Program-made: the position numbers and the translations under genes
DNA from: Thermoproteota archaeon
GTDB lineage: Archaea > Thermoproteota > Thermoprotei_A > Sulfolobales > Ignisphaeraceae
Length of the DNA: 64,000 nt
Reading direction: 5' to 3'
NCBI GenBank assembly: GCA_030550585.1
Contig: JAUQPB010000002.1
Span: 256,001 to 320,000, forward strand
Notes under the pieces: generated by a model
What the model was told of the DNA's origin: nothing
Database searches by the model: none
The model's input: the letters and a program-made list of their open reading frames with translations, nothing else
In this document: in pieces, positions 10,179 to 20,886 of the stretch
How positions within the stretch are numbered: the first letter of the stretch is position 1
Layout of the letters: each line of letters begins with the position of its first letter

Positions 10179-11702
10179 GTGAGTCGATTGGAAAGAATTA
10201 AGGTAGCTTTTATTGGTGCTGGAAGTGCTGTTTGGTCTAGTAGAATTGTAATAGATCTTTTGATAAATAAGGATCTTCAAAATAGAGTTGATATTTGGCT
10301 TATGGATATAAGTGATTGGAGACTTGATTTAATTTACGGCTTTGCTAAAAGATATGTTGACGAGTTGAAGGTCAATGCCAAGATTTTCAAAACTAAGGAC
10401 AGAGTCGAGGCTATAAAAGATGCTGATTTCGTTATAAACTCTGCTATGGCTGGTGGTCACAGCTACTATGAGAGAATGAGGGAGATATCGGAGAAGTATG
10501 GATACTACAGAGGTATAAACTCTGTTGAATGGAACTATGTCTCAGACTATCACACCATATGGGGTTACTACCAATTCAAATTGATGTTGGATATAGCAAA
10601 AGATGTTGAGGCTTATGCACCAAATGCATGGCTCATAAATGTTGCTAACCCAGTATTTGAACTAACAACTCTTGTCACAAGAGAGCTCAGAAAGGTTAAA
10701 TTTATAGGTCTTTGTCATGGGCATCTGGGCTTCGTTAAAGCTGTTGAAGTCCTTGGCATGAGGCTTGCCAAGGAGAAGCTTGGTAGAGATATAACAGCTC
10801 TTTGCGCTATGCACGACCCAGAATGATACAAGATCTTGGCGCAAATCATAGACTTCAATTCATTAGATGTTGAGATGTCTGGTTTCAACCATGTCATTTG
10901 GTTGACTAGATTTAGGTATATGGGTGACAACGCTTATAGATATGTAGATGACTGGATTAGAGAAGATGCTGAAAAGTATTGGAGTATATGGAGAGAATAT
11001 GTTGCAAACCCATTCGATGTAGATCTATCCCCAGCTGCAATAGACATGTATAGAACATATGGCCTTCTACCAATAGGAGACGCTGTTAGGGGTGGTACAT
11101 GGAAATACCACTGGGATCTACAAACAAAGAAGTATTGGTACGGGCCATTCGGAGGACCAGACTCAGAAATAGGATGGGCCATGTATATGGCTGCACTAAG
11201 AAGAAGCCTAGACCAGCTTGCGCAAGCAGTTTACGACGCATCAACCCCCTTGGTGCATAGATACCCACCGGAGCCTAGTGGAGAGTCGATTGTTGAGATA
11301 ATAGATTCTATAGTAAATGATAAGCCAAAAGAGTTCTACTACATAAATGTGGGAAAGGCCTTAAAGATTCCAGCACCGTTACAGGTTAATATACCGAATG
11401 AGGGTGTATTATCTGGTATACCAAATGATGTAGCAGTTGAGATACCTGTGAAAATAGATGGCAAGGGAGTTCACAGAAAACCATTAACACAAATACCATC
11501 AAAAATACTGAGATATGTGTTGTTGCATAGGCTTATGAGGGCTGAGTGGGCTTTGGAGGCTTTTCTTAAGGGTGGTAGAGACACTTTATTCAACTGGCTT
11601 ATAGTTGATGTCAGAACAAAAAGTATTCAGCAAGTAAACGATGTTATAGACGCAATACTGAAAATGCCAGGCAACGAAGAAATGGCAAAACACTTCAGCT
11701 AA
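10179..11702 (+). pseudogene. GH4 NAD-dependent alpha-glucosidase/galactosidase with one in-frame TGA (10824-10826)
   Basis: FIGAGS, NVANP and GLCHG lie before the stop, GFNHVIWL and the C-domain after it; ORFs 10179..10826 and 10836..11702 share a frame (GAA TGA TAC AAG ATC TTG). Confidence 0.8.
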
Positions 11703-12106
11703 AAGACTAATCCACACATCGCATTATAGAGCCCGAGATGAAACATATTTTCAGTTTTTAGTTTTATTTACACCTTCATTCCTCTACCTCCAAAGTCCTA
11801 TATTATCTGGGTAATCTATTTTATATTTAAAGAAATGCATGGGTTATAGCCTTCCAAATCTAGAACTAATATAGGAATCAAGGAGACCTCATCATTCGAA
11901 TGTAGAAACATTCTAAGAAACCAGAGGTGGGGTTTAAAAGCAGATGTCACATGTATATGCATAACATTGCAAATATAATGAAGACGATAATACTATATTC
12001 ACTATAAATATATGGTCATCCGTTGCTACAACACCCAGAAACCTAGATTTGAAAAGGCGTTCCTCGATGATGTCAGGGACAATATGTAATGAAATTAAAT
12101 TGAGGT

Positions 12107-12853
12107 TCATATACTCAGATATTGTGGAGAAGGTACAGTAATGACAAGATCGTCTTCGTCTAGAGATACTCCAGGATCGAGAGAAACCACTTTGTTAGTC
12201 CATTCATCGCCCATCTCATGGGGGATTGCTTTAGAGACTGCGAGCAGGGTGTTGTATCTTTTCAAAAGTTTTGCAAATTTCATGTGGCTTAACTTGTGAA
12301 TTGTGGTAAACTCTGCTATTGCCTCTAGCTCAAAGGCTTTTTCAATCAGCGTGTTGTCTGTTAGAAGGTGTCGCCATAGAACAGACGCTTTTAGTATATT
12401 GCGGAGCCTCTTCTTGGAGCTGTAGAAAGGTGGTAGCTGGAGCAGCCCAATCTTTGGGATCTCCAAAAGATCTCCAATGGCATTCCCAATGTAGATGGCG
12501 TCAAAGGTTTCATGCAAAGCCACAACAGCTTCGAAGTTGCCGACCCCTATATGGAGTCTTAGAGTTGCTGGAAAGAGGAGCTGTGTCACCTCGCCAAAGA
12601 ACCTTATCTTTCGAATAAAATTGGGGTGTTCAATGTAGCCAACCACCTTTATGTTGCTGTTCATCAACTCTTTGACAACCTCTCTAACCTCTTTCCCAAC
12701 CTCCTTCCTAGACTTGGATAGTGGATGTGAGAAGAATAGATGTGTGTTGAAGTGTTTTGAATACTCTTTCAACGACCTCAAAGCCCTTAAACCTCCGCCA
12801 GTATAAGGCAAAGGGTTTGACACGCATATTATACTAGGCTTTTCTGCAGCCAT
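12107..12853 (-). pseudogene. Truncated GT4-like glycosyltransferase (N-terminal domain only)
   Basis: YTGGGLRA and LLAVSKAI..DPGVS, then a stop before any nucleotide-sugar-binding domain. Confidence 0.6.
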
Positions 12854-12855
12854 AC

Positions 12856-14118
12856 CTACAAGACCCTCGTCAACATATTTGACAGCTTCTCAACGAATTT
12901 CTCTAGCGTCAAATTCTTTGCTTTCTCAACGGCTTTTGCTGACAGTGTTTTCCACATGCCTTCATCTGTTAAGAGCTTTGATATAGCCTCTACAGCTTCT
13001 TCAGAGTTTGTATATCCTAGTGCATATGCCCCCTCTTCTGCTAGGTCGCTCCAAGCACCGCCAGACTTGTGTAGCACTACAGGTAGACCCCTAGCCATTG
13101 CCTCTGCTACCGCTATTCCCCAGTGCTCGTTAACTGTTGCATGTAGAAACACCTTTGCCCTATCCATGACAGCGTTTATTGTTTTTCTCGGTGCGTCTGG
13201 AATCAGATAAACATCTGCATCGACATCGACCACCCTACTGGTTTTGAACTCATTTTTAGTCGCTATTTTTTCAAGCCTTGTCAAATAGTTTAAGGCGGTC
13301 TTTGTTTTTGCACCGCCAAATATATACAGCTTTGTGTTCGGCACCTCTCTTCTTAGCCTCGGCAAGACCTCTTCTATGACCCAGTGATACCTCTTCTCTT
13401 CGGAGAACCTGCCAAGCATAACAACAGCATTCTCTCTTTCGCTAAACTCTCTTGGTTTTTCAACAATCTCTACATTTGGTGCTATTGGAGGATTTAAAAC
13501 CTCTGGACTCTCGCCATAAACCATTTTCGCTAGATTTGCTGTCCACCTAGAGTTTGCCAGAACAAGAGATGCTATCTGGAAGGGGTTCTCCCTCAAATAC
13601 CTCGGCAAGAGCTTCACATAGATTTTCCAGTATATATTCAATGGAAATCTGCTGTACCTCTCAAGAACATATGGATCCTCTTCGTAGTGTAATCCAAGCC
13701 CTTTAAACTTCTTGTCGATCGACACCTCATGCGGAAAGTGTATATACTCGATAAGCTTTGTACCGCTCTTCACAATAAACCCTTCAACAGGCTTGTACGT
13801 GCCATCGTCCACAAAGACTATGTGTGCGCCAAACCTCTCAACAGCCCTCCTAATGGTCTCCCCCATCAAAAACCTCAGATATATGCCAAAAGCCCTGAGC
13901 CCAACCGAATACAAAGAGACCTTTGGATATCTACTCAAGTCAATTCCAAACCAATCGACATACCCACCAACATCGACTCTAACAGGAGATGCCAAAACAG
14001 GTGTAAACCCCATAACATCAAACGTGTATGCAGATGCAGCACACACAGCCCCTCCTCCACCAGGTCTATTCCAATAACGGCGCGCTACAACAACATAGCC
14101 ACCCATATCAAATAGCAC
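12856..14118 (-). CDS. GT4 (GT-B) glycosyltransferase, Alg11-like
   Basis: PGGGGAV, LANSRWT, GRFSEEK, NEHWGIAVAEAMARG (EX7E). Confidence 0.9.
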   Translation of the reverse strand: MLFDMGGYVVVARRYWNRPGGGGAVCAASAYTFDVMGFTPVLASPVRVDVGGYVDWFGIDLSRYPKVSLYSVGLRAFGIYLRFLMGETIRRAVERFGAHIVFVDDGTYKPVEGFIVKSGTKLIEYIHFPHEVSIDKKFKGLGLHYEEDPYVLERYSRFPLNIYWKIYVKLLPRYLRENPFQIASLVLANSRWTANLAKMVYGESPEVLNPPIAPNVEIVEKPREFSERENAVVMLGRFSEEKRYHWVIEEVLPRLRREVPNTKLYIFGGAKTKTALNYLTRLEKIATKNEFKTSRVVDVDADVYLIPDAPRKTINAVMDRAKVFLHATVNEHWGIAVAEAMARGLPVVLHKSGGAWSDLAEEGAYALGYTNSEEAVEAISKLLTDEGMWKTLSAKAVEKAKNLTLEKFVEKLSNMLTRVL

Positions 14119-14199
14119 CTAAGCGGAACCTTTACAAAATTGAAGGGGTTGGGGGTTTATAAAATCTGCTAAAATTCGAGCTCCGTGCACTCACCATTG

Positions 14200-15135
14200 C
14201 TAATATGTGATGCAATTCAGTACAATGTCGCATATGCTTCTGTTTCCAATTTTTCTCATCTTCTTAAGTGAATAGATGACATAATAATAGTAGTATTTGA
14301 TGCGGTTCAATGTTCTTTCTCTCCATATTGCAAAGCCTTTGCTTAGAGACTTGTATGCCTTGTTAGAGTAGTATATGTAGGCTGGTAGTCCAAAAACCGC
14401 TTTAAGAACTTTTGCTAGCGATATGTCTTTAAGGTTTAGTAGCACTGACGCTTTTGCTATTATCACGAAATCTTCCTTGGTGAGTCTGTCTCCTGCACTC
14501 CTAAGATGTATATTATTTACGTCAATAACGACCCATTTAAATCCTTTGCACTCAACGTATTTCTTTATCCACGCATCTTCGTATATATGCAGCCATGGAG
14601 GCAGTTTAACCCCCTCTATAGCCTCGCGTCTAAGCAAGGTGTCGTGCAGACCACCCCTGATACTAAAGTTTTGTATAGCGAAGCTTTTCTCTTGGAACCC
14701 TCTTGCAGCTAGCCATGCAATTCGTTCTCGCCAATATGGTGTATAGTCTATGCCCCAGATTAGCCCAACATCTCTTTGTAGAATATATTGCTGTGCATTA
14801 TCCCACCAGCCATCGCCAAGAACAAAGTCGTCGTCTTGGAAAAACAGCCACTCTGCTTTGGTGTTCTCAAAGAATATGTCTATAGCTGTCTGCCTGGCAG
14901 TCGCTCTTGTCGCTTTGTGATAGCCGTAAAGCCTGCTTCCAGATACCACCAGCTCTTTTCCATGCTCATCAGCAAACCTCTTGACAAACTCTCTAGTTCT
15001 AGGAGATGTAGAGTCGTCAACAAGTACTATGAGTTTATACGGTATTTGTAGAGATGATTTCCACGCCCTGTAAAATGCCTCCTCCCCAACCCTCTCAACA
15101 CTATTCTTTGTAATCATAGACATTACTATATCCAT
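14200..15135 (-). CDS. GT2 (GT-A) glycosyltransferase
   Basis: VLVDDS, RATARQ, FQDDD (DxD), YED. Confidence 0.8.
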   Translation of the reverse strand: MDIVMSMITKNSVERVGEEAFYRAWKSSLQIPYKLIVLVDDSTSPRTREFVKRFADEHGKELVVSGSRLYGYHKATRATARQTAIDIFFENTKAEWLFFQDDDFVLGDGWWDNAQQYILQRDVGLIWGIDYTPYWRERIAWLAARGFQEKSFAIQNFSIRGGLHDTLLRREAIEGVKLPPWLHIYEDAWIKKYVECKGFKWVVIDVNNIHLRSAGDRLTKEDFVIIAKASVLLNLKDISLAKVLKAVFGLPAYIYYSNKAYKSLSKGFAIWRERTLNRIKYYYYYVIYSLKKMRKIGNRSICDIVLNCITY

Positions 15136-15572
15136 GACAAAGCCACCTACATCACACTATCTATGCATTAACATATAAAAATTGCGAATAAATAAAAATC
15201 TAGGTTATACCCGATAAGTATTATGATGAGCTGTAGATAATTTGGCGTGCATGGATTTATAAATAGGTATAGCATTTAAGAGCTACATTATAAATGAAGC
15301 CAAATAGATAAGAAAACGATTATAACTCCATGTGCTGATGAAAGCTTGAGGCTCTCAGAAGCAGAGATATAACATAGGGGATGTACACAAAGATCTGATC
15401 TAAGCTTTAACAGCCATGGTTTTTGGCTTCACATAGATTGGTAGAGATTCTCTTATTGTACAGAATTTCTAAGCTCGAAATAGAATCCCATTTTCATGTG
15501 CTTATATTATTACAAATTATGAACACTTAGTTAAAAGACTTGGCAAGTTTTATATACAGGCTATAAATATTG

Positions 15573-17165
15573 TTATGTATCGTTTCTTTGTATTTTTATT
15601 GGCTTTGGCAACATGAATAGTGGCTGTTCTTGTACATAGTTTTTGCCTAGCTTTAGAGCCTCTTCTGCTTTTGCCAGTTCTGCCCCTAGGTACAGTGCAT
15701 GGGATGTTTGTGACGCCAGTCCTAGTTCAACAATTTTGTTTCTTATTGCTTTTGCAGTCCTCCCTTTTATCAGTATCCTCCCCTTTCTACCTATGTATAG
15801 AGCTTCTATATAGCCCTCTTCGTGGTTAACCCTTATTTTGAATACCCCCATCGGGTCTAGTGTGTATGGTTTCTCCTCCTCTTCTGCATACACAACCTGG
15901 TCGTAGTTGTCTATTGGCGTGTCATACCTTCTCTTGTCTTTTAGAATTAGAAGCGATATTCCAAGATCTTTTGGCAGAGTCTCTAAACTGCTTGCAATAG
16001 CCATCATCTGGGTGGCTATTTTGACCTCTCTTGTCGAGCCCTTTGCCTTTGTGCTGTGCTCTACTGTTAGAACCATGCTCGCCCCTATCTCCTGCGCTAA
16101 TGCAACTAGAATGGCGTTCACCCCCACGCTATCAGCATCTATAAGCTCTGCAACGTTTCCAATGCCCATGAAAAGCGGCACATCTTTTCTAATCTCCTTG
16201 AATTTTGCATATGCCTGAAGAGACTTGAATGTGTTTCCGATTGGCTCTAGAATTGCATCTGCAAAGACCTTTTCAAATCCGTGGCTCTTCACAACATCAA
16301 CTGTTTTTGCTAGAAGCTCAACCCTTTCTCCATAGTCTCTTGGAATAGAGTTGTCGGCGGGGTTTCTAGGAATAGCCACAACAGCTATGTTCTTGTCAAC
16401 CCCTTTTACATGCTCTATGTTGGTCAAATCTATGTTTATAACCATGTCGGCCCCAGCCTCAACACCTCTGAGAATTTCGCTTGGTATGGAGGTGTCGATG
16501 GCTATAGGAACATCGAAAACACTTTTAACAGCTCTAACAACTCTGTGAACATCGTCTGGGTGGGGCTCCAAAGCCTCGAAGCCAAGGCTTATCACATCAG
16601 CTCCAGACTCAATCAAGTAGGAAACCCTTTTAACGAGCTCCTCATCAGATAGCATGTGGCTATGCGAAATCTCAGAGGCAACTCTTATTGGAGGCGGCTC
16701 TAAAGCCACATACAAACCGCCTACTGCAAAGCCCCTCTTCTCCAAAGCTCTCTTCTCAACCTCGGCCAAAACCCTTTTACACCTCTCAAGTCTAAGGCTC
16801 TGCAAAACCTCGTCTGCAGGTTTATCAGGTGATAAAACATCTAGGCCAACCTTGAGGACATCCGGTAGGTCAACAGCGTTTACAGGCCCTTTGACAGTTC
16901 TAACACCAGTTACAGATTCTACAACCTTTCCAGAGCCTCTGACAAGACCAGGCAATATGATGTAGTCATAGCTGTTCTTGCCAACCCTTCCAGCGAGAAG
17001 CTTGGCAACATAGTCAACGGTCATAAAGGCCGCTATGTCTACGGGTGCAACAAAAACATCTATTTCATAGCCTGCAACAGAACCTAGAACCCTTCTCACA
17101 ATAGGCTCTGCCAGCCTACCAGTGACAATGAGTATCCTAGCCAAGCAGTTCATCACCATAGCCAT
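15573..17165 (-). CDS. Dihydropteroate synthase-like protein (archaeal long form with DUF4346-like C-terminus)
   Basis: ILIVTGRLA N-terminus, PIAIDT, FMGIGNVAELIDADSVGVNA, LPKDLG, DPMGVFKI, HALYLGAELAKA..YVQE. Confidence 0.85.
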   Translation of the reverse strand: MAMVMNCLARILIVTGRLAEPIVRRVLGSVAGYEIDVFVAPVDIAAFMTVDYVAKLLAGRVGKNSYDYIILPGLVRGSGKVVESVTGVRTVKGPVNAVDLPDVLKVGLDVLSPDKPADEVLQSLRLERCKRVLAEVEKRALEKRGFAVGGLYVALEPPPIRVASEISHSHMLSDEELVKRVSYLIESGADVISLGFEALEPHPDDVHRVVRAVKSVFDVPIAIDTSIPSEILRGVEAGADMVINIDLTNIEHVKGVDKNIAVVAIPRNPADNSIPRDYGERVELLAKTVDVVKSHGFEKVFADAILEPIGNTFKSLQAYAKFKEIRKDVPLFMGIGNVAELIDADSVGVNAILVALAQEIGASMVLTVEHSTKAKGSTREVKIATQMMAIASSLETLPKDLGISLLILKDKRRYDTPIDNYDQVVYAEEEEKPYTLDPMGVFKIRVNHEEGYIEALYIGRKGRILIKGRTAKAIRNKIVELGLASQTSHALYLGAELAKAEEALKLGKNYVQEQPLFMLPKPIKIQRNDT

Positions 17166-17291
17166 TACATTGCCTAGAACACAAAATTCTCTCTAAAGCT
17201 ATATAGGCTTTCACAAAATATTTCTTAAACAAAACTGTATGTAGATTCACAGAGACTCGAATCAGATTTGCGGCTGGGTTGCAGCTTTTGC

Positions 17292-17792
17292 TCAGCTACT
17301 TTGTTTCCTCTCTATTTCAAGAGCTTTTCTATACTCTAGACTGTGCATCTCTAGCTTCTTCAAAACCTCTCTATTCGTTTTCACAAGCTCGTCTACCAGG
17401 TGGAGGTATCTGGCGACCCTTACAGCGTCTGGGGATATCTCAACAAGCTTCTCCCCATCAACTACAACATAGTGTTTCCTCTCAATCTTCTCACCAAGTA
17501 TATACTCAGCCTCGTTAACAGCTGCGTGAAGCTGGAAGCAGTGGGGACTACCATCAACTGTTACAACTGTTATCGACCTTGGCTTAGACGATCTGACTAT
17601 ACTCGCTATCTTTCCGTAGAGTGCTGGGTGCTCCCTCTCGGGACATGCATACAGAACTGTCTTTCCCTTCGCCAACTCCTCTACAATGCGGCTGTTTATG
17701 TTTCTCAGGCATGCCGATACTATGAGGAGGTCTCCTCTTAGACAAGGTGTTTTAACCCATGTGCTCCAAAGCCAGGATTCACACAAGCTCAT
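17292..17792 (-). CDS. Putative Fe-S cluster protein (probable start ATG 17792)
   Basis: [27 protein letters not shown] resembles the Cys-rich domain attached to some 4Fe-4S ferredoxin-like proteins; overlaps the thiC stop. Confidence 0.6.
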   Translation of the reverse strand: MSLCESWLWSTWVKTPCLRGDLLIVSACLRNINSRIVEELAKGKTVLYACPEREHPALYGKIASIVRSSKPRSITVVTVDGSPHCFQLHAAVNEAEYILGEKIERKHYVVVDGEKLVEISPDAVRVARYLHLVDELVKTNREVLKKLEMHSLEYRKALEIERKQSS

Positions 17793-19107
17793 ATGCGCCT
17801 CCCCTCTCAAGTCTCTTCAAAAGACTTTCTACAGATATCCCACCTCTGTTCTTAAGCCACTTGTCTAGAAGCAGAAAAACACAGTACTGTCCGCACATGG
17901 TGCAGCTCTTCAAGTTTCCCTCAAACTGTGTTCTGATGGCGAGAGCCTTTTTCGGGTCTGGAGATAGCTTTATCTGCTTCTCCCAATCGAGTACAGCCCT
18001 AGCCATACTCATCTCAGCGTCTACCCTACCAGCTCTAGAACCGAGCTTCACCAGATCCCCAGCGTGGGCAGCTATCTTAGCCGCTATAAGCCCCTCCTTA
18101 ACCTGCTCAGGATTTGGCAAACCCAGGTGCTCCGATGGTGTGAGATAGCATATGAGGTCAGCCCCAGCGGCAGAGGCTATTGCCGCACCTATAGCACTTG
18201 CTATGTGGTCATAGCCAGCAGCAGCATCTGTTACAAGTGGCCCTAGAACATAGTATGGGACACCCCCACTCAAACTCTTCATAAGCTTGATATCCACAAC
18301 AACCTTGTCTAGCGTCATATGCCCAGGGCCCTCAATCATCACTTGAACCCCCTTGCTTATAGCATCTCTAGCAAGCCTAGCATTGTTTACCAGCTCAGCT
18401 ATCTGAAGCTCATCATGAGCATCAAATATTGTTCCAGGTCTAAGAGCATCCCCAAGGCTTATAACAGCATTGTATTCTCTGAAAAGCTCTAGCAGATAAT
18501 CCCAGTGCTTGATATATGGATTCTCAGAATTGTTTTCAAGCATCCACACAGCCAGCATAGAACCACCTCTACTAACAATAGGCATAAGCCTATTGCTTTT
18601 CAAAGCCTTTTCAGCAAGCTCCTTAGATATCCCAGCATGTATAGTCATAAAGTCCACACCATCCCTAAGCTGCTTCTCAACAACAGAAATGAAGAAATCA
18701 GATGGTATGGACAACCCATACCTAGCAACACCCTCAATCCAAGCCTGATAAGTAGGCACAGTCCCAAAGGGAAGAGGCTTAGAAGCATCAATAAGCCTTT
18801 TCCTAACCTCATCAAGATCACCACCTGTTGATAGATTCATTATCGTATCAGAACCATATTCAACAGCAACCCTAGCCTTCTCAACCTCCATATCAATATC
18901 AACAACAGTTCCACTAGTACCAATATTCACATTAACCTTAGTCGAAAGCCCCTCACCAATAGCAACAAGCTTCAGACCTCTCCTTCTAACATTACCAAAA
19001 ACAACAATCCTACCACCCTCAACACCCCTCCTAACAAAATCTACATCAACACCTTCAGCACTAGCAACACCCTTAATCACACCTTCATCAATCGCTCTCC
19101 TACTCAT
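17779..19107 (-). CDS. thiC: Phosphomethylpyrimidine synthase ThiC (probable start ATG 19107)
   Basis: [64 protein letters not shown]. Confidence 0.9.
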   Translation of the reverse strand: MSRRAIDEGVIKGVASAEGVDVDFVRRGVEGGRIVVFGNVRRRGLKLVAIGEGLSTKVNVNIGTSGTVVDIDMEVEKARVAVEYGSDTIMNLSTGGDLDEVRKRLIDASKPLPFGTVPTYQAWIEGVARYGLSIPSDFFISVVEKQLRDGVDFMTIHAGISKELAEKALKSNRLMPIVSRGGSMLAVWMLENNSENPYIKHWDYLLELFREYNAVISLGDALRPGTIFDAHDELQIAELVNNARLARDAISKGVQVMIEGPGHMTLDKVVVDIKLMKSLSGGVPYYVLGPLVTDAAAGYDHIASAIGAAIASAAGADLICYLTPSEHLGLPNPEQVKEGLIAAKIAAHAGDLVKLGSRAGRVDAEMSMARAVLDWEKQIKLSPDPKKALAIRTQFEGNLKSCTMCGQYCVFLLLDKWLKNRGGISVESLLKRLERGGAYELV

Positions 19108-19200
19108 GCCGAACAACCAAAACAATATATGGTATTTATGAATGTAAAGCATGAAAACACAGATATATAATCTTATCGCTATTCACTCAAAAATCCTAAC

Positions 19201-20886
19201 CATATCTTTCCCTTATGGGAGTTTCTAAAATGAAGTGCATATTCAATCTTAGGAGGACATGCATTGTCGTTGAACTTTCTACTCCCTTATGGGAGTTTCG
19301 ATAGAGTCCGACACAAGGCTAGCAGACATGATCGAAGAAATAGACCTATCTTTCTACTCCCTTATGGGAGTTTCGTCTGGCAGTACTGCACACGCCAAAG
19401 CTGTTGCGGCGGCCACTTTCTACTCCCTTATGGGAGTTTCCAGGGTTTTGGTTTTTCATGGGTTTCAACCGTGTTATATAATATGTGCAGACTTTCTACT
19501 CCCTTATGGGAGTTTCTCTTGTTGAAGTAGATCAAGACCTTGAGCTGCCAATACTTGGTGTTAAAACTTTCTACTCCCTTATGGGAGTTTCTAAATATCG
19601 GAGGTTGATCCAGATAAATTTACCAGATAAATTTAACCTTTCTACTCCCTTATGGGAGTTTCATGAACATCACCACACTATACTACTCTAGAATAGCCTA
19701 GAACTAACTTTCTACTCCCTTATGGGAGTTTCCTGTTTGAGTCATCTGTGGTTCAAGAGTTTCTGAAGAATCCTGTTCTTTCTACTCCCTTATGGGAGTT
19801 TCTCAGAATCAACACCGCTAGAGAGCGTACAGACATCTTTAATCTTTCTACTCCCTTATGGGAGTTTCAGAAAAATGCAGTTGGATCCGAAGCAACGCTA
19901 CAGACCATCTCCTACCTTTCTACTCCCTTATGGGAGTTTCTGAGTCTAAACTCAGTAAAGACGATATAATTCCGAAAACAATAACACTTTCTACTCCCTT
20001 ATGGGAGTTTCTGGAATAAACATCAGCTACAATACCTTAAGAAGATACGTAAAAGAGCTCTTTCTACTCCCTTATGGGAGTTTCTCCATAAAACCTAATT
20101 GTTAATAGAAACGGTTTTGATGGTGTTACTTCTCTCTTTCTACTCCCTTATGGGAGTTTCAAGTATGGAGTTGTAGCAGAATTGACAATCGCCTTTATGA
20201 AAGTAGCCTTTCTACTCCCTTATGGGAGTTTCCCGGCGTAACATCAAGACGGCTGGACTATCACTGTCATTTGTGGCAACACCTGACTTTCTACTCCCTT
20301 ATGGGAGTTTCCCGAACTCATCTTCTTAAGTTCATCCGAATTTGGCTTAGCCTCTTTCTACTCCCTTATGGGAGTTTCTCTTCTCATACCTAGAGTCCAA
20401 GCCCCACATTCTGAGAACTATCTTTCCTAAAGCTTTCTACTCCCTTATGGGAGTTTCGAATAAGAGTTAGCAAATAGTGGTGTATTACTTGGTGTGATTT
20501 CTTTCTTTCTACTCCCTTATGGGAGTTTCGGAGGAAGGATAGAGAGTGTGATTCTTGATGCAGGTGTTGATAAGCATCTTTCTACTCCCTTATGGGAGTT
20601 TCCGTTTATTAAATCACTGAGAAGGCTCAGGGAGTGGAACATCTACATCTTTCTACTCCCTTATGGGAGTTTCTCGCCGCCAAGATCTATGGCAAGAGGT
20701 CTCACAAATATAAGAAAGCTTTCTACTCCCTTATGGGAGTTTCTCGGCTACGCATATATACGATGTAGATAATGATGAAATGTATGCGTTCTTTCTACTC
20801 CCTTATGGGAGTTTCAGGGATCTACTGCTACGAAAACGGTTACTATAGAGAGTGTGAAGAGCTTTCTACTCCCTTATGGGAGTTTC
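19201..20886 (-). CRISPR. CRISPR array, repeat GAAACTCCCATAAGGGAGTAGAAAG (25 bp); 23 perfect repeats (19275-20886) plus 1 degenerate (19201-19225); 23 spacers of 41-54 nt
   Basis: Repeats counted by hand; orientation from the GAAAG 3' end, the degenerate repeat at the left end and the AT-rich leader with TATA at the right end; internal hairpin ACTCCC-ATAA-GGGAGT. Confidence 0.98.

Noticed and set aside
11703-11760. SECIS-like hairpin after the GH4 gene (TGAAA-CATAT-TTTCA)
   Set aside because: Only a 5-bp AT-rich stem followed by T-tracts; more like a terminator region
15220-15400. Possible C/D sRNAs (ATGATGA near 15223; TGATGA..CTGA about 15336-15398)
   Set aside because: Internal D'/C' boxes are missing or badly spaced
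19108-19200. TPP riboswitch upstream of thiC
   Set aside because: Short AT-rich region with no TPP aptamer core on the minus strand
19264-20772. Short ORFs inside the CRISPR array (FLLPYGSF / LSTPLWEF / FYSLMGV repeats)
   Set aside because: They are translations of the repeat in three frames, not genes
19300-20861. Apparent bias of crRNAs to be antisense to target mRNA (type III signature)
   Set aside because: Several spacers read as protein on + (e.g. IESDTRLADMIEEIDL), but at least four read well on - (e.g. LGKIVLRMWGLDSRYEK, AKPNSDELKKMSS); no bias can be claimed without protospacers
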